Source of the DNA: Stegostoma tigrinum
Lineage: Eukaryota
Direction: 5' to 3'
Length of the DNA: 64,000 nucleotides
NCBI RefSeq assembly: GCF_030684315.1
Contig: NC_081363.1
Span: 43,989,254-44,053,253 of the forward strand
In this document: in pieces, positions 1 to 13,430 of the stretch
Layout: each line of letters begins with the position of its first letter
Position numbering within the stretch: the first letter of the stretch is position 1
Program-made: the position numbers and the translations under genes
The notes under the pieces: generated by a model
The model's input: only the letters and a program-made list of their open reading frames with translations
The model's database searches: none
What the model was told of the DNA's origin: nothing

Positions 1-752
1 CTTTAAATAATGTAATGGAGACCTTTTTTGCTAGAGGAAGGGGTGTACTTAATTATGAGCTGCAGTTATACCCAGGTGGGAAGAACAGGAAACACAGACT
101 ATTTTCGAAATGAAGAAAGGCTTCAGAAATCTGAAGTTCAAAAAGGTACTAAGGAGTCCTAGTTCAGGATTTTCTGAAGGTAATATGCAGGTTCATCTGG
201 CAGTTAGGAAAGTAAATGCAATGTTAGCATCCATTTCAAGAGGGCTAGGATAGAACGGCAGACTTGTACTGCTCAGGCTGTATAAAGCTCTGCTCAGACC
301 ATATTTCGAAAATTTGGAGCCCTGTATCTAGGGAAGGATGTGCTGGTGTTGGAGGAGATCCTGTAGAGGTTTACAAGAATGATCCCAGGGATGAAGGACT
401 CTGGATGTGTACTCAATGGGATTTAGAAGGATGAGGGGGGAATCTCATTGAAACTTACAGAATACTGAGAGGCTTGGATAGAACGGATGTGACGACCTTT
501 GAAAACTGAAATGAGGAGAAATTTCTTCAGCTAGAGGCTGGCGAATCTATGGAATTCAATGCCGCAGAAGGTTTTGGAGGCCAAGTAATTAAGAAAGTTT
601 TAGCCATGGATGGATGGTTTCTTGATTAATAAGGTTTCAGCAGGAAAATGGGGCTGAGAAATACATCAGCTCTTATCAAATGGTTCAGCAGGCCCAATAG
701 GCCAAATGGCTTAATTCTGCTTCAACATCTTATGGTCTATGGTCTTATGGTC
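1..752 (+). mobile_element. Degraded CR1-type LINE 3' fragment
   Basis: RT C-terminal CR1 remnants, with a short tandem tail tatggtc(t)tatggtc. Confidence 0.75.
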
Positions 753-915
753 TGAATGTAAAAAATCACTACAACTCATTCCCTTGTTCTTAAGATAACA
801 TGCAATTTGGATTAATTACAAATTTTTAATTTCTTTCAAATTAAGCTGGGAAATGTACCACCAGTATATCTTATATCTACATATTGTTCCATGTTAAATA
901 ATGAGAACACATTAC

Positions 916-950
916 CTTTGAACTCTTGATTGCAATTGGATATTTTAGAC
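916..950 (-). CDS. L2HGDH: L-2-hydroxyglutarate dehydrogenase, exon 6 (35 bp); gene continues beyond left edge
   Basis: ttttag|GT CTA AAA TAT CCA ATT GCA ATC AAG AGT TCA AAG|gtaat encodes (G)LKYPIAIKSSK. Resembles the vertebrate GMQYPIVIKNTK micro-exon and the phase fits exon 5. Confidence 0.88.
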
Positions 951-1279
951 CTAAAATACAAAAGAAATTCTCTAATCAAAGTAGGGGAATAACTGACAAC
1001 GTTGGATCATATTTATAACGCTGAAATTCACAAGTATGGTTACTACAATACATTATAAACCATAACTTATAAACAATAATTGTGTACCAGAATCAAGTAT
1101 TTTAACCAGAAATAATTTTTGTATGTCTTGTGTTGTGTTGTTATACTGACTAAATTAAATATAAATAATTAAATTACTTTTAATTATGAAACAAAACTTA
1201 AGGCTACTTCAAATTTAAGCTTGGTCACAATAAGTTTGTCAAGATAAAAACAGTCATAGAATCATGTCATGTTTTACTT

Positions 1280-1495
1280 CAAAGTCGCCATTATCCCTGA
1301 GTATCATAGAGCTGCTCTCTAATTAGACAGAGATGACTGAAGGTGGTTTAACCTGAGGGTCACCATACCTCAAATGCAGGCAATGCTGAGAAAACAGGAA
1401 CTTATTGGTACCTTCAGTGTTGCAGGAACTGAACCCATACTTTTGGTGTCAGTCTGCATTGCAAACTAGCTGTCCAGCCAACTGAACTAACCAAC
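1280..1495 (-). mobile_element. tRNA-derived SINE family (also about 2922-3075, 34195-34565, 39765-39842)
   Basis: Minus-strand head ggttagttcagttggctggacagc...gggttcagttcc. The shared body ctctctcattagagagag..tggtttaacctgaggg is found in four copies. Confidence 0.65.
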
Positions 1496-2316
1496 TCCTC
1501 CTTTTTTTGAAGAAAATTCATCCTTTGGTTTTATTTTTCTATCGAGATATCCACTACTTCTGGGTCAAAATTTGTACAGAACAGATATAGCTTAGTTCAT
1601 GCTCCTCAAATCATCATCAAACCCACTGTGAGAGAATTATTCCCAACTGGAATAGCTTGATTCTTCCAAGCTGAATTTCCACAAATTTAGATATCCAGTA
1701 AGACTGGGATATTAAAGATATTTAATGCGCAGATTTATACCTTCACTGGTAAAGTGTTCAAATTTGTTAGCAAGTGCTAACATGAGTAATTTCATTCCAT
1801 TATATAAAAAGACAGTACAATAGCCCACTGTGACATGCATACATTTGTTAAAATATTCTACTATTTATGAAATTTAATATGCCATTAATTCCTGCAATGT
1901 ACGACCAACCCTTGATTCAGTGCGTGTTGCGGCTTAAAGATTATTTGTAAATGGTTCAACATTATAAATGTGGTGTTGGAATCATCAGGAAGCCACGACC
2001 TTCCAGGGTAAATTACTATTTACTAATTTTTGAGAAGATAATAGAAATTTGTGAATTCTCCCATTTAGAAAGATAGCAGATGCACGATATCATGTCCTGC
2101 AAGTTCCCATCCCCATTTCTGAAGAAATATCCCGACCTGAAAAGTTAACTTTCCTGCTCCTCTGATGCTGCCAACCCTGCTGTGCTCCTCCAACTCCACG
2201 CTGTGTTATCCTGAATTCTGTATTGCTTCTATTTTAATAACTGTGCCTAAATTCTCAAATATCAAAAAAACTTAATTTGATCAATCATAAAACATCAAGA
2301 ATTGAGTTGCCCTTAC

Positions 2317-2479
2317 CATCTGTGGAGCCTTCAGGACTTTCCTTAGTTAGCTGAAAGTCTGTTGCTTCAAATTGTGTTTTAATAGTTCCACCCATTTCAC
2401 AAAAATCTTTTCCATATGACAGGGCCACCTCTCTCCAATCTACAATTCCTGTGTTTGGAGAATCTAAAGCTAATAAACC
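2317..2479 (-). CDS. L2HGDH: L2HGDH exon 5 (163 bp)
   Basis: GLLALDSPNTGIVDWREVALSYGKDFCEMGGTIKTQFEATDFQLTKESPEGSTD(G), with ag/gtaag boundaries. Confidence 0.95.
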
Positions 2480-3621
2480 CTACATTACACAAAGAAAGAC
2501 AAAAAACATTACTTTACTACTATCATATCTCATCTTTAGTTTATTTATTTGACATCAAAACAGTTTGTTTCCCTTTAGAAAACAGCAGTTTTTTGTTTGA
2601 GCCCATAACTTGAAAGTTAATATTTAATAAGTATATTATTTGAGAAATCTAGATCTGAAATTCAAAGAAAATAAATGTAAAGAAAGTCAAATACTCTGTG
2701 ACTTAGCTTGATGTAGTTTTTGATAAACACTTCAGAAATCTGAGAAGTTAGTTTATTAAAAAGCATTTCTGCAATTTGTTTTGGTATCAAGAGTACAAAT
2801 GATCTGATACCCTTTTCATATATTTTGCTAAACGTACAATGTTAATATATACATGACAATAAAAATGCTAAATGTCATTATGTGCATATTGCATTTACCT
2901 AGAATTATATACTAATGTGAAGGTAAGTTTGCCATAGTCCTAGAGTACTATAGGGATACTCTCTCGTTAGAGAGACAACTGATGTCGAGTTTAACCTGAG
3001 GGTCATTATGCTTCAGGTGAGGAAAGGTTGCTAATGTGGGATCTTAATATTGACCTCAGGCAGGAATTCAACCGATTTTTCTGCTGTCAAGACAATCTTT
3101 AAAATTACAGTAAGGAACCACCTTGAAAATAGTGTTTTCCACTTTATTGTCTCAAATTCCTTTAAAAGGAGCATAAATTACAAAAAAAAATGCCAAAACA
3201 TGTTTGAAGTACCTTTCTTCCTTTATTAATCCAGTTGGAAAAGACCGTTATATACCTGGGTATAACAAAAAATATATTGACTGTTTAATTGCCAGTTTGT
3301 GGCGACTTAACTCATCTGTCCCTTGGCAATAGTTGGGTCATTATAATTCCCAGAGCACTCTAGCATAGGGAACACAATAAGTAAGTCAGGCTTTTGACTC
3401 CTTATGTTTAAATAGTGACCTTCCTGAATAGCATACCTTTAGCCTCTGGGAGGGAAACTGTCACCATAACGCTAAATGATTAAAATTTAGCCTCCACAAT
3501 CACTGTCTAATCGAATGTGACAAAGTCATTTGGGTGAATGGCTAAAATGTGTCTTTCACTCAATCCATACACTGGCAAAAGAATTTTGAAAGGAGTTCTG
3601 AAAACATTTAGAAAACTTTAC

Positions 3622-3753
3622 TCTACAATAGGGCTCTCGCTCCTGAATTTCCTTTGCATCAATAAGTTTCAGGTCTCGGACGTTGTTCTGCAGTCCACGT
3701 TTGTACAATGCCTTTAGTCTTGAGATTTCTTCTTGTTCAACAGCAACAATAAG
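3622..3753 (-). CDS. L2HGDH: L2HGDH exon 4 (132 bp)
   Basis: [44 protein letters not shown], with cag/gtaa boundaries. Confidence 0.95.
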
Positions 3754-6700
3754 CTGTAGTTAAAAAAATATATAAATCAGGTATACCATCTGAACCAAGA
3801 AAGCCAACAAATTGAACTACTAACTTACTCAAAAATTCCGAACATGAATTGTTGAATTTGAAGTTAATTTTCTGCATTAAATTGAAGACAATATAAGATC
3901 ATCTACAATTTTTATTCGTTTTTGTATTTTCTACTTAAACATTTTTATCAAATTTCAGGAAGTCAAAAGCAGACGTCGATTACTCTGTGGATAAGAACAA
4001 TTTCACTATCAATCCCAAAGCTTTTTTGCTCATTTTAATCTGTAATTTCTTGTTCTATTCCCAGTTTAATTTGCCACAATATTCAAAAATGTTGACCTAG
4101 CTTGCAATGCCTACATGTTCTGACCAGATTTTAAAAAAAAAAACACTTCTCTGTCTGAATGTCTTCCTTGTGGAGCACAATTTTACACCCATCGGTAGGT
4201 TTTAAGGGAACGGACAGGTGGGTGAACTTATAAATACAGCATATGACCTGCCTTGGAGCTACATCCCATTTTACAGGGAGAGGAGTGGAGGTCTTGTGTG
4301 AACAACTTGCCCAATTAGTGGCCATGTGTGAATATCCTGCCCATGCCATTATTTTCACATGCAGTGTATAGATGCCCATGTAGTGTGGCGGCTTTGTTTT
4401 CAGGTGTCAAGCAACATGAGGGGTCTTTCCTTTTGTGGCCTCCTTTGCCAATTGGAAGCACTGCCCAAGCCCCCACCCCAGCAGGAGGTGTTCACACCTG
4501 ACTCTGGGAACAAAGGTGGGAAAGTCCCACCATATGGAAAACCCTGCCCCTTGCTGACAAAACTATAGACACAATACCCTGAGGTCTGGTCTGGCCAGAT
4601 CTCTTTTGTTTGATTATGATTTTTTGATTTGTATTCCACTGTTTTGGCACTGTAAACTTTATTTTGCATTGAGTGGATGTTTCCATCATCAAGCACGCTG
4701 GAAGTCCCATTTTTACAACTTCTTTTGCTACTTCCTGCATCATTCAGATGGCATGTATTGGTCATTTTCCTTCCAATGTGTATTGTCTTACATTTTATCC
4801 TATTAAACTTCATCAAGTGTTTTTAAGTTAAACTTGTACCAAGTACTATTTTGGCATCACCCAAAATTTTAATGAAAATTTTCAATAGAATTGTTAGAAG
4901 CAGTAGGGTCCTCAGGTGATGGCTCGGCACAACAAGTCTGGCCCACTTCAAACGAAGTCTTTGAACAAGTGTCTATTGTTTTCTATTCTTTAATCTATTT
5001 CTTAATGATGCTTAATATTTATCCTCAATCACCACATCAAAGATCATAATTAGTGGCACTTGTTGTAGAAATTTCCAGTTTTCTGGAAGTTTAGGTCCAA
5101 CGCATATAGAGTTCATCACAGTCCACTTAGGATTTGACTAAGGACAAGTTAAGGAGGTCGAATAGGTGACTTTCACAGGGAGTGGAACATTCAATCTACA
5201 TATTTATTGAATGTGCATCTATCTTGATACATGACATATTGCATTGAAAGTTTCTCTACAACCTGCATTCAATGGACATTACCATTACAAAAATAACAAA
5301 CTTACTTGCAATGTTTATTAAGCAATAGAGGAAATGCTTATAGGTATTTCCAAAGTTAATGATGTTACCACTTGGCTCTCTCATAATGAATCAGGTCCAC
5401 AGTCAGAGTAATTGTTACTTAATAGAGACACCATATGGTGAAAACTTAGCATAGCTCTGGTTGCTGACGCCTCGGCTGAACAGTTTCTTCTACATAAACT
5501 CAATTCAATAAGCATATTGGTGTTTGTTTGTGTAAAGTAAATCAACAGGCAATTTAACATATATTTAGTTTTTGAGTGAGGCAAGATTGGAGGGCCTGCA
5601 AGAAATAGAGACTAATGGACACAAATATTTAAAAAAAAAGGTTTAAATAAATAGAAAGGACTTTAGAAGAATGGGTACAAAAACAGATTCAAGGCATAAT
5701 TTTACACGTTTCATTTCTATGAGGCTTCTATTTCTTTTCTCCTTCCCTGGAAAATTAGACGGCACCAGTTCATGACATATATGTCAGAACAGTAACCTGG
5801 CAACAGTAGCTTGTCGCTTGCTTCTCTAGGCTTTCATTCAACTCTGTTTCCATCACAAATTACAGTACATACTCCATAAACACCATCCGCCACCACTCTT
5901 CATCTAGACCATCAGTAAATCAACAGCCCCACTACATCACCATGTCTGCTCTTGACTCAATTCACACCACCTCAGCCCTTCACTCTACAGCAAGGGATAG
6001 CTGCAGCTTGCATGTTTCTGCCACGTCACTTTATGTGCAGGGACATACGTGCATCTTATGTATCTACAAAGGATGCATCTTATGGCTCTTCACACCATTT
6101 CCTTGTGCTGAATCACTTCGTACTATTTTGGAGGCTGTCAGCTTGTATTGCATTGTCTTGCATTGCTTTTCAAGCACACAGGAAGAAGCAGACAGATTGT
6201 CAAGGGAGTAGATATGTTGACGTAGAAGGGAGCTACATTGCAATATCACGCGCCAGCAGATTACTCAGCAAACACACTACATGTGCCTGAACCAAATGGC
6301 CACAATGCAAACTCAACAGGAACCAGTCCTTAGTTGAGTCACAGTGACAACAGTCAATGCACTCATCTGATTCCAGCCCAGGTTTTGACTGTTCCGTCAG
6401 GCACTTGGTCCTACCAGAGTCCACGGATTCATTACCTTGTCATTCAAAGTTTTGATGACTGTCAATGACAAGCTTATCAAGTGCAACTTTTTTCTACCTT
6501 CAGTGTTGCTGGGTTAAAATCCTGGAACTCACTTCCCAATGCCATTGTGGTCCACATACATCCAGTGAACTGTAGTGGTTCAAGGAGGCAGCTTACCAAC
6601 ACCTTCTCAAAGTAAACTAGAGACGGGAAATAAATGCTGGCCCAGCCAGCGATCAACAAACCAGAGAATAAAAACAAAATAAGCCATTAATATTTTATTA

Positions 6701-7606
6701 TAAATCTTGAATATGGATAAAGCTAAATCCCAGCAGGCTGTATGTATATCAACAGGAGTTGAAAAGGTGTGAGAGAAAGTCCACTGAATCCAAGTATGAA
6801 AGATAATGTTCCTTCAAAATACCCAAAATAAACAACTAATTGAATTTTCATGACTTTATTTCAGGTAAGTGTTGAATTTACATACAGTCAATACATTGGG
6901 ATGAGTTCATAATGAAATTACAACCAACCCAACCCGAAACATCAGCTTTCCTGCTCCACTGATGCTGCCTGGTCTGCTGTGTTCCTCCAGCTCCACACTG
7001 TGTTATCCCAAAAACAGAAGGTCCAAATACTAATGTATACACTTTGAGTATCATGTTGACAGCTGAATAAAACAGACATTTTCCAGGGAATGGACTGTTT
7101 TAAATTCATCATTTATCTGGTATATCTATGCTGAATTGAAAGATGTTTGTCGAACCATGAGTTTTTTTTAAACACCCAAACTTTGAATCGTGTATGAGCA
7201 TTTAATTCGGCACACATCCAAATTAATTGTAGTCCTGTAAATTTGTGTTTGTTAAAGATTATAAAACTAGCAAGCTGAAAAATAGCACGTTCGTACAGCA
7301 TCAGATATTTGCACACACAGTCTTTGATTTTTTTAAATCAACATGTAAATTATAACATCCCTGGTACCTAATACATATGTGGACAAATGAAAAAAAAGGA
7401 TACATACTGCAGAGTTCTACAACTAAAAGATATCCTAATTCAGTAGCAGTGTGAAGCTGTTACAGAGTAACATGTATCCCACTTTTCCCAGGTAAAACTT
7501 AGGCAGACTATTTTCAAATCAAAATTAATTTATCTCATTTCATGATGTACTCATTTTTGCCATACAAGCAACAGTAAAGGAAACATAAAGCATTAGGAAT
7601 ACTCAC

Positions 7607-7758
7607 TTTTCCGCATCTTTTATGAGGGATACCTTTCTCCTGACAATATGCATAGCTTAGTTCAGCACCTCGCACACAAAGTTTGGCCTTCAAAGACCCT
7701 GGAGTATAGTAAATTCCACTGTGAATAACCCCACTATTGTGTCCACTCTGATGGAAAG
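7607..7758 (-). CDS. L2HGDH: L2HGDH exon 3 (152 bp)
   Basis: [51 protein letters not shown] (within ORF 7535..7774), with cag/gtgagt boundaries. Confidence 0.96.
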
Positions 7759-7997
7759 CTGAACAAGATATCAATTAATTATTGTGGCAGAAAACAAAAA
7801 GGCTAGAGTTATCTAACTACTGAATTGTTTTGTATTAGAAGGGCAACATTTGATTCTGCTCTGCTGTTTGCATTAGCATTTTAAACTAACAGTAAGGTAC
7901 TGTTGACCCCATTAGCTAGTATTGTGCACTTAGACTCAAAATCGCTTCTCACATGAGTGGTTTCCTCAGCATCAATACTTACTAAACTATCTTCAAA

Positions 7998-9700
7998 CAC
8001 TGGAAAGGCAAATCAGGGAAGAGATTACACACTTAATGGTAAGGTCCTGGGGAGTGTTGCTGAACAAAGAGACCTTGAAGAGCAGGTTCACATTTTCTTG
8101 AAAGTGGAGTTGCAGGTAGATAGGATAGCGAAGAAGTAGTTTGGAATGATTGCCTTTTCATTTTGGAAGGGTGAATTTGAATGCAGAACACAAGACTAAT
8201 GGCAGGATTCTCAGCAGTGTGGAGGAACAGAGGGATCTTGGGGTCCACATCCATAGATCCCTCAAAGTTGCTACCCAAGCTGATAGGGTTGTTGAGGAGG
8301 CGTATGGAATGTTGGCTTTCATTGGCAGTGGAGTTGAGTTTAAGAGCCGCGAGGTTATGTTGCAGTTCTATAAAACTCTAATTAGACCACACTTGGAATA
8401 TTGTGTTCAGTTCTGGTCACCTCATTATAGGAAAGATGTGGAAGTTTTAGAGAGGGTTAAGAGGAGATTAACCAGGATGTTGCCAGTTGGAGGGCAGGTC
8501 TTATGAGGAAAGGTTGAGGGAGTTAGGGCTTTCCTCATTGGAGAAAAGAAGGATGAAAGGTGACTTGACAGAGGCATACATGATGATGACAGACATAAAT
8601 ACAGTGGATAGTTAGAAACGTTTTCCCAGGGCAGAAATGGCTATTACAAAGAGGCATAATTTTAAGGTGATTGGAGGAAGGTATAGGGGAGATGTCAGAG
8701 GTAGGTTCTTCGCATAGTGAATGGTGGGCTTGTGGAATGCATTGCTGGCAGTGGTAGTGGAGTCAGAGACTGTGGAGACTTTTAAATGACTCTTGGATAG
8801 GCACATGGAGAATAGTGAAATGTAGGGCATGCTGGGTAGATTGATCTTAGTAGGATAATAGGTTGGCACAACATCGTGGGCCAAAGGGCCTGTACTGTGC
8901 TGTACTGTTCTATGATCTTTATTGGTCAATGCATTGAGTATAGGAATCAGGGGGTCATGTTGCAGCTGTACAGGACATTGGTTAGGGCACTTTTGGAATA
9001 CTGCATGCAATTCTGGTATATTCTGCTATATGTAGAATACTGTGAAACTTGAAAGAGCTCAGAAAAGATTACAAGGATGTTGCCAGGATTGGAGGGTTTG
9101 AGCTGAAGAGGAGAGATGGAGAGGCTGAATAGGCTGTGACTATTTTCCCTGGAGCATTAGAAGCTTAGGGGTAACTTTATGGAGGTTTATAAAATTATGA
9201 GGGGCATGGACAGGGTAAATCGACAAGGTCTTTCCCCTGGGGTGGGTGAGACCAAAACTAGAGGGTATAGGTTTAAGGTGAGAGGGGAAAGATTTAAAAG
9301 GGACCCAAGAGGCAACTCACACCGAGAGTGGTGCATGTATGGAATAAGCTGCCAAGGAATTGATGAAAACTGCAACATTTCAAACACATCTGGATAGTTA
9401 TAGGAATAGAAATATGAATAGGTTATGTGGACTGGCTATGTTAAATTGTCCGTAGTGTTCAGGGGTCTGTAGATTAGGTGGGTAATAAGGGGATGGGTCT
9501 AGGTGGGATGCTCCAAGGGTCGGTGTGGAATTGTTGCGCTAAAAGGCCTGTTTTACACTGTGGGGATTCTATTCTAGTCCATGAAAGGGTTTAGGGAGAT
9601 ATGGGCCAAATGCTGGCAAATGGGACTAGATTTATGTAGGATAGCTGGTTGGCGTGGACGAGTTGTTTCTGTGCTTTACATCTCTGTAACGCTATGATAA
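7998..9700 (+). mobile_element. Cluster of CR1 LINE 3' fragments with a nested HE1-type SINE fragment (about 9424-9575)
   Basis: ORF 8150..8506: EQRDLGVHIHRSLK...LIRPHLEYCVQFWSPHYRKDV..LERV is a typical CR1 ORF2 C-terminus. Confidence 0.88.
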
Positions 9701-10189
9701 TGACTTAATTTCTGTGCTCTCTATCTGTGGAATAATTGGTCCAATTTCTTGTCTCAGGCTGTTCACTTATCAACTGAATGACAAAGGTACATAGCGAATC
9801 AGTTGGCAATGGTATATTACCAGGATAGGGAAAGATCTGCAGGTGGCTTTAAAGATCATAGGTTGAGAGTCAGCTTCGTAAAAAGAAGTAGGGAATTCCT
9901 AGTTTTTGGACAGAGGAGGGATAGGAAGAAGAGGAGGAATTGTTGTTGCTTTTACTGACCTACTTAATGTATACAATCAATCTTTATCTCAGGACTGAGG
10001 GTCACGGGCTTGACTGCACATGGTACACAAGTACATTGCCATCTTTGGCAAAAAACACTTGAAACAGCATTGCATCTCTTCAAGCAAGCCAACTATTTTA
10101 AAATGTCTTAAAGCAGAAATATATGACACAGGACATGCTCAGAAGCTTGCATTTTTGTCTAGTGTAGCCATTTTAATCCCAGAGTGTAC

Positions 10190-10305
10190 CCAATTCCTTT
10201 TCCTTTTCCAGTAAGATGTAGCTCAATTTAGGATGCCGGTGTATAAGTTCTCTAGCAGACGCCAATCCAACAATTCCTCCTCCAACAATGGCCACATCAC
10301 AAGAA
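10190..10305 (-). CDS. L2HGDH: L2HGDH exon 2 (116 bp), FAD-binding GxGxxG motif
   Basis: [38 protein letters not shown], with tag/gtac boundaries. Confidence 0.95.
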
Positions 10306-10879
10306 CTAGAAAAATGAAATTCAATCAATCAATCATTAACAAACATTCCAATTTTTCAAGTACAAACCTGATTGAAACCCAAGCCTCTTCATGTAATATG
10401 TTACAAGATGCTTGGACTGAAGAAAATTTTACAATGTATTTCACACTTCAATAAAAAACATCCAGATATCAGTTATTATGATAAATGATCTCAAATCCTT
10501 CAAATATGCAAGTAATTCAACCCACAAAATTGATGGTTTAATCTAAGTTACACCTTTGACATAGAACCCAATTTACAAAACCAGAGCTGAATACTGCAAA
10601 TGCTGGACAACTAAAATAAAAACAGTAAATCACTCTTTCAAAGTATATCTTATTCCAAACTGAAAAACAATAACGGTACCACCAGCAATGATCAGCTGAA
10701 GTTACCTGTTCTTTTGCAGTCAACTACATATAACTTGAGTTTAAAATAAATACATTAAAGATCAAAAAGCGTTTGGGCACGGGTTTGTTTTGGACATAAT
10801 ATACATCATGTGCACATGCCTGCTCTTTTACCAAAGATTGACTGCTGTTGCCAAATGTCTCTCAAATAATTACAATGGT

Positions 10880-11320
10880 CTAGTCTCAGCAGATCTCAGT
10901 TGGTAGCACACTTGGCTCAGAGTCACACAATTCTAGATTCTGGTGCCACTCCAGCGCTTGAACACAAAAATCAAAGCTGACTCTTCAATGCAGGACAGAG
11001 AAAGTGCTACACTGATATAGGGGCCATCTTTGGATGAGATGGTAATTCAAGGCTTTGTATGTCTGCCCAAGTGTATGTAAAAATAAAATCCCACAGCATA
11101 ACTTTGAAGAACGAAGGAGATATCCTAGGTATCCTAGCCAATATTATCCCTCAGTCAACATCACAAAAAGAGATTATTCAGTCATTGTCATGTTGCTGTT
11201 CACTGTGCACAAGTTGATTTCCACATTTCTTACATAACGATATTGAATTCACTTCAAAAATACTCAATCGGTATTAAAGTATTACATGGTGCCTGGTGAT
11301 CATGAAAAATAAATGCAAAT
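10880..11320 (+). mobile_element. Deu-domain SINE (SacSINE1-like)
   Basis: tRNA-like head plus Deu core (cctagccaatattatccctcagtcaacatcac...gattattcagtcattgtcatgttgctg). Confidence 0.7.
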
Positions 11321-11885
11321 CATTCATTTTTTTCTTTCATACTAAAGACTTATCCTGTAATTACACTGTTAAAAACATGAATAAATTAAGCCCAGAATAT
11401 GAGATATAACAGGGAAAATTAATCCTTTTCCTGATGTTGTACTGTTGATTAACTAAATAAAAATCACCAGGACATACATAGCTTTTAATGCATTTTAACA
11501 ATCATTCTTTTCTGGGGTGAGAGTATTGTTACAATGGTAGCTTATCACTGATGGCCCTTGAGAAGTTGGTAGCGAGCTGCCTACTTGAAGTGCTCCAGTT
11601 CATCTGGTGTAGCTTCACAGAGTGCTGTTGGAGAGAGGCCCACCCAGGATTTTTACTCAGCAACAGTGAAGAAATAGCAATAATTGTTACAAATCAAGAA
11701 AGGATGCGGCTGAGAGGGGAACTTGTGGGTAATAGTGTTCCATACGTTCACTGTCCTAAGTAGTAGAGACCTGAGATTTGGAAGGTACCGCCTGGAGGAA
11801 AAGCTACTACTAGTTGTCACTGATAATAAAATGTGAGGCTGGATGAACACAGCAGGCCAAGCAGCATCTCAGGAGCACAAAAGCT

Positions 11886-11913
11886 GACGTTTCGGGCCTA
11901 GACCCTTCATCAG
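11886..11913 (-). ncRNA. Minimal hammerhead-ribozyme-like motif in Penelope pLTR
   Basis: CTGATGA-a-gggtc(ta)ggccc-GAAAcgTC on the minus strand. Confidence 0.6.
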
Positions 11914-12410
11914 AGAAGGGGATGGGGTGAGGGTTCTGGAATAAATAGGGAGAGGGGGGAGGCGGACCGAAGATGGAGAGAAAAGAAGATAGGTGGAGAG
12001 GAGAGTATAGGTGGGGAGGTAGGGAGGGGATAGGTCAGTCCAGGGAAGACGGACAGGTCAAGGAGGTGGGATGAGGTTAGTAGGTGGATGGGGGTGCAGC
12101 TTGGGGTGGGAGGACATCCCCTCCCCCCACTGCACCACACAACCAGCCCAGCTCTTCCCCTCCACCCACTGCATCCCAAAACCAGTCCAACCTGTCTCTG
12201 CCTCCCTAACCTGTTCTTCCTCTCACCCATCCCTTCCTCCCATCCCAAGCCACACCCCCATCTACCTACTAACCTCATCCCACCTCCTTGACCTGTCCGT
12301 CTTCCCTGGACTGACCTATCCCCTCCCTACCTATCTTCTTTTCTCTCCATCTTCGGTCCGCCTCCCCCTCTCTCCCTATTTATTCCAGAACCCTCACCCC
12401 ATCCCCCTCT

Positions 12411-12438
12411 CTGATGAAGGGTCTAGGCCCGAAACGTC
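12411..12438 (+). ncRNA. Minimal hammerhead-ribozyme-like motif in Penelope pLTR
   Basis: CTGATGAagggtctaggcccGAAAcgTC. Confidence 0.6.
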
Positions 12439-13030
12439 AGCTTTTGTGCTCCTGAGATGCTGCTTGGCCTGCTGTGTTCATCCAGCCTCACATTTTATTA
12501 TCTTGGATTCTCCAGCATCTGCAGTTCCCATTATCTCTGATACTAGTTGTCACTGTTCTTTGGTGGTGGAGGGAGTGGATGAGGTGGCGATAAAGTGACT
12601 GCTTTCTCCTGGACGACAATGAAACTTCTTGTGTGTCGTGCTGTATGTGGGTTAAAACTTCAACGTTCATTCTTCCTCGGGAAGGCAAAACATCCCGATA
12701 AACAACTGCCAAAACAGAACGAAGAACGGCGGATGCTGGAAATCTGAAACAAGCACAGAAACCGCTGAAGAAACTCATCACAGATGCTGTCATTGTTTCT
12801 CCAGCATTTTCTGTTTTTCTAACAATTGCCAAAATTGCGATCGCCATTCGTTAACCCCTCCGAAGTTTTAAGGTAAATCTAAGTCATTTCAGCCAGGTAC
12901 ATTACTCCACACGATCACAGGAATCAGGACAATCTTTTGGTTTTTTAATCAGGACAGTGCTCCCATTCTGTGCAATCTCCCTCCCTTCGCTTACGAAACA
13001 ATACCCCGCCTCGATCGGAGTCCTGCTCAC

Positions 13031-13131
13031 CTGTGCTTTCCTCGCACAAGGCAGTGCGCTGGGAACCCACTGAAAGTCCTGGCCAGCCGCGAAGCCGCAC
13101 AAGCGAGGAGCGCAGAAACCACCGTCGCCAT
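13031..13131 (-). CDS. L2HGDH: L2HGDH exon 1 coding part, mitochondrial-presequence-like
   Basis: ATG at 13131 encodes MATVVSALLACAASRLARTFSGFPAHCLVRGKH(S), which is Ala/Arg/Leu-rich with no acidic residues. The phase-2 donor ag|gtgag matches exon 2. Lies in a CpG-rich island. Confidence 0.85.
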
Positions 13132-13400
13132 GAAAGTCCAACCGGCCGCGACCTTTCACCCTCCGGCTCGAAGCCACAGGCGCGCATGCGGGGTGAACGA
13201 TCGGAACGGCGGCGGACTGCACCTGCGCAGTGTGCTCGTTGTTCTGGCGGCTGCTCGCGCTTGCGCCGGTGGTCGGCGTCAGGAGCAGGATTTTTGCTGC
13301 TTTTTAAATCCTGGGCCGAGGGAAACCAGCTCGGAAAACTATCTTCAGATTCGCATGTTAGACGTGACTGACTGCCCAGCTCCAATCTGATTTTTTGGGG
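13132..13400. promoter_or_regulatory. CpG-rich bidirectional promoter of L2HGDH/DMAC2L with NRF1-like sites
   Basis: CpG-dense region between divergent start codons about 640 bp apart. GCGCGCATGCG at 13180-13190, TGCACCTGCGCA at 13218-13229 and GCGCTTGCGC at 13257-13266 resemble the NRF1 consensus. Confidence 0.7.
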
Positions 13401-13430
13401 CGGGGGGTTGGTGAAGAAGGAGAGAGAGAG

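Larger units (their letters stand above)
11823..12540. mobile_element. Penelope-derived inverted (hairpin) insertion with 15-bp TSD
   Basis: Minus-strand pLTR at 11823-12114 and plus-strand pLTR at 12117-12540. TSD tactagttgtcactg at 11808-11822 and 12541-12555. Confidence 0.9.

Noticed and set aside
5700-6480. Cluster of short ORFs in L2HGDH intron 3
   Set aside because: No recognisable domain or splice-consistent frame. Probably a decayed repeat that could not be classified.
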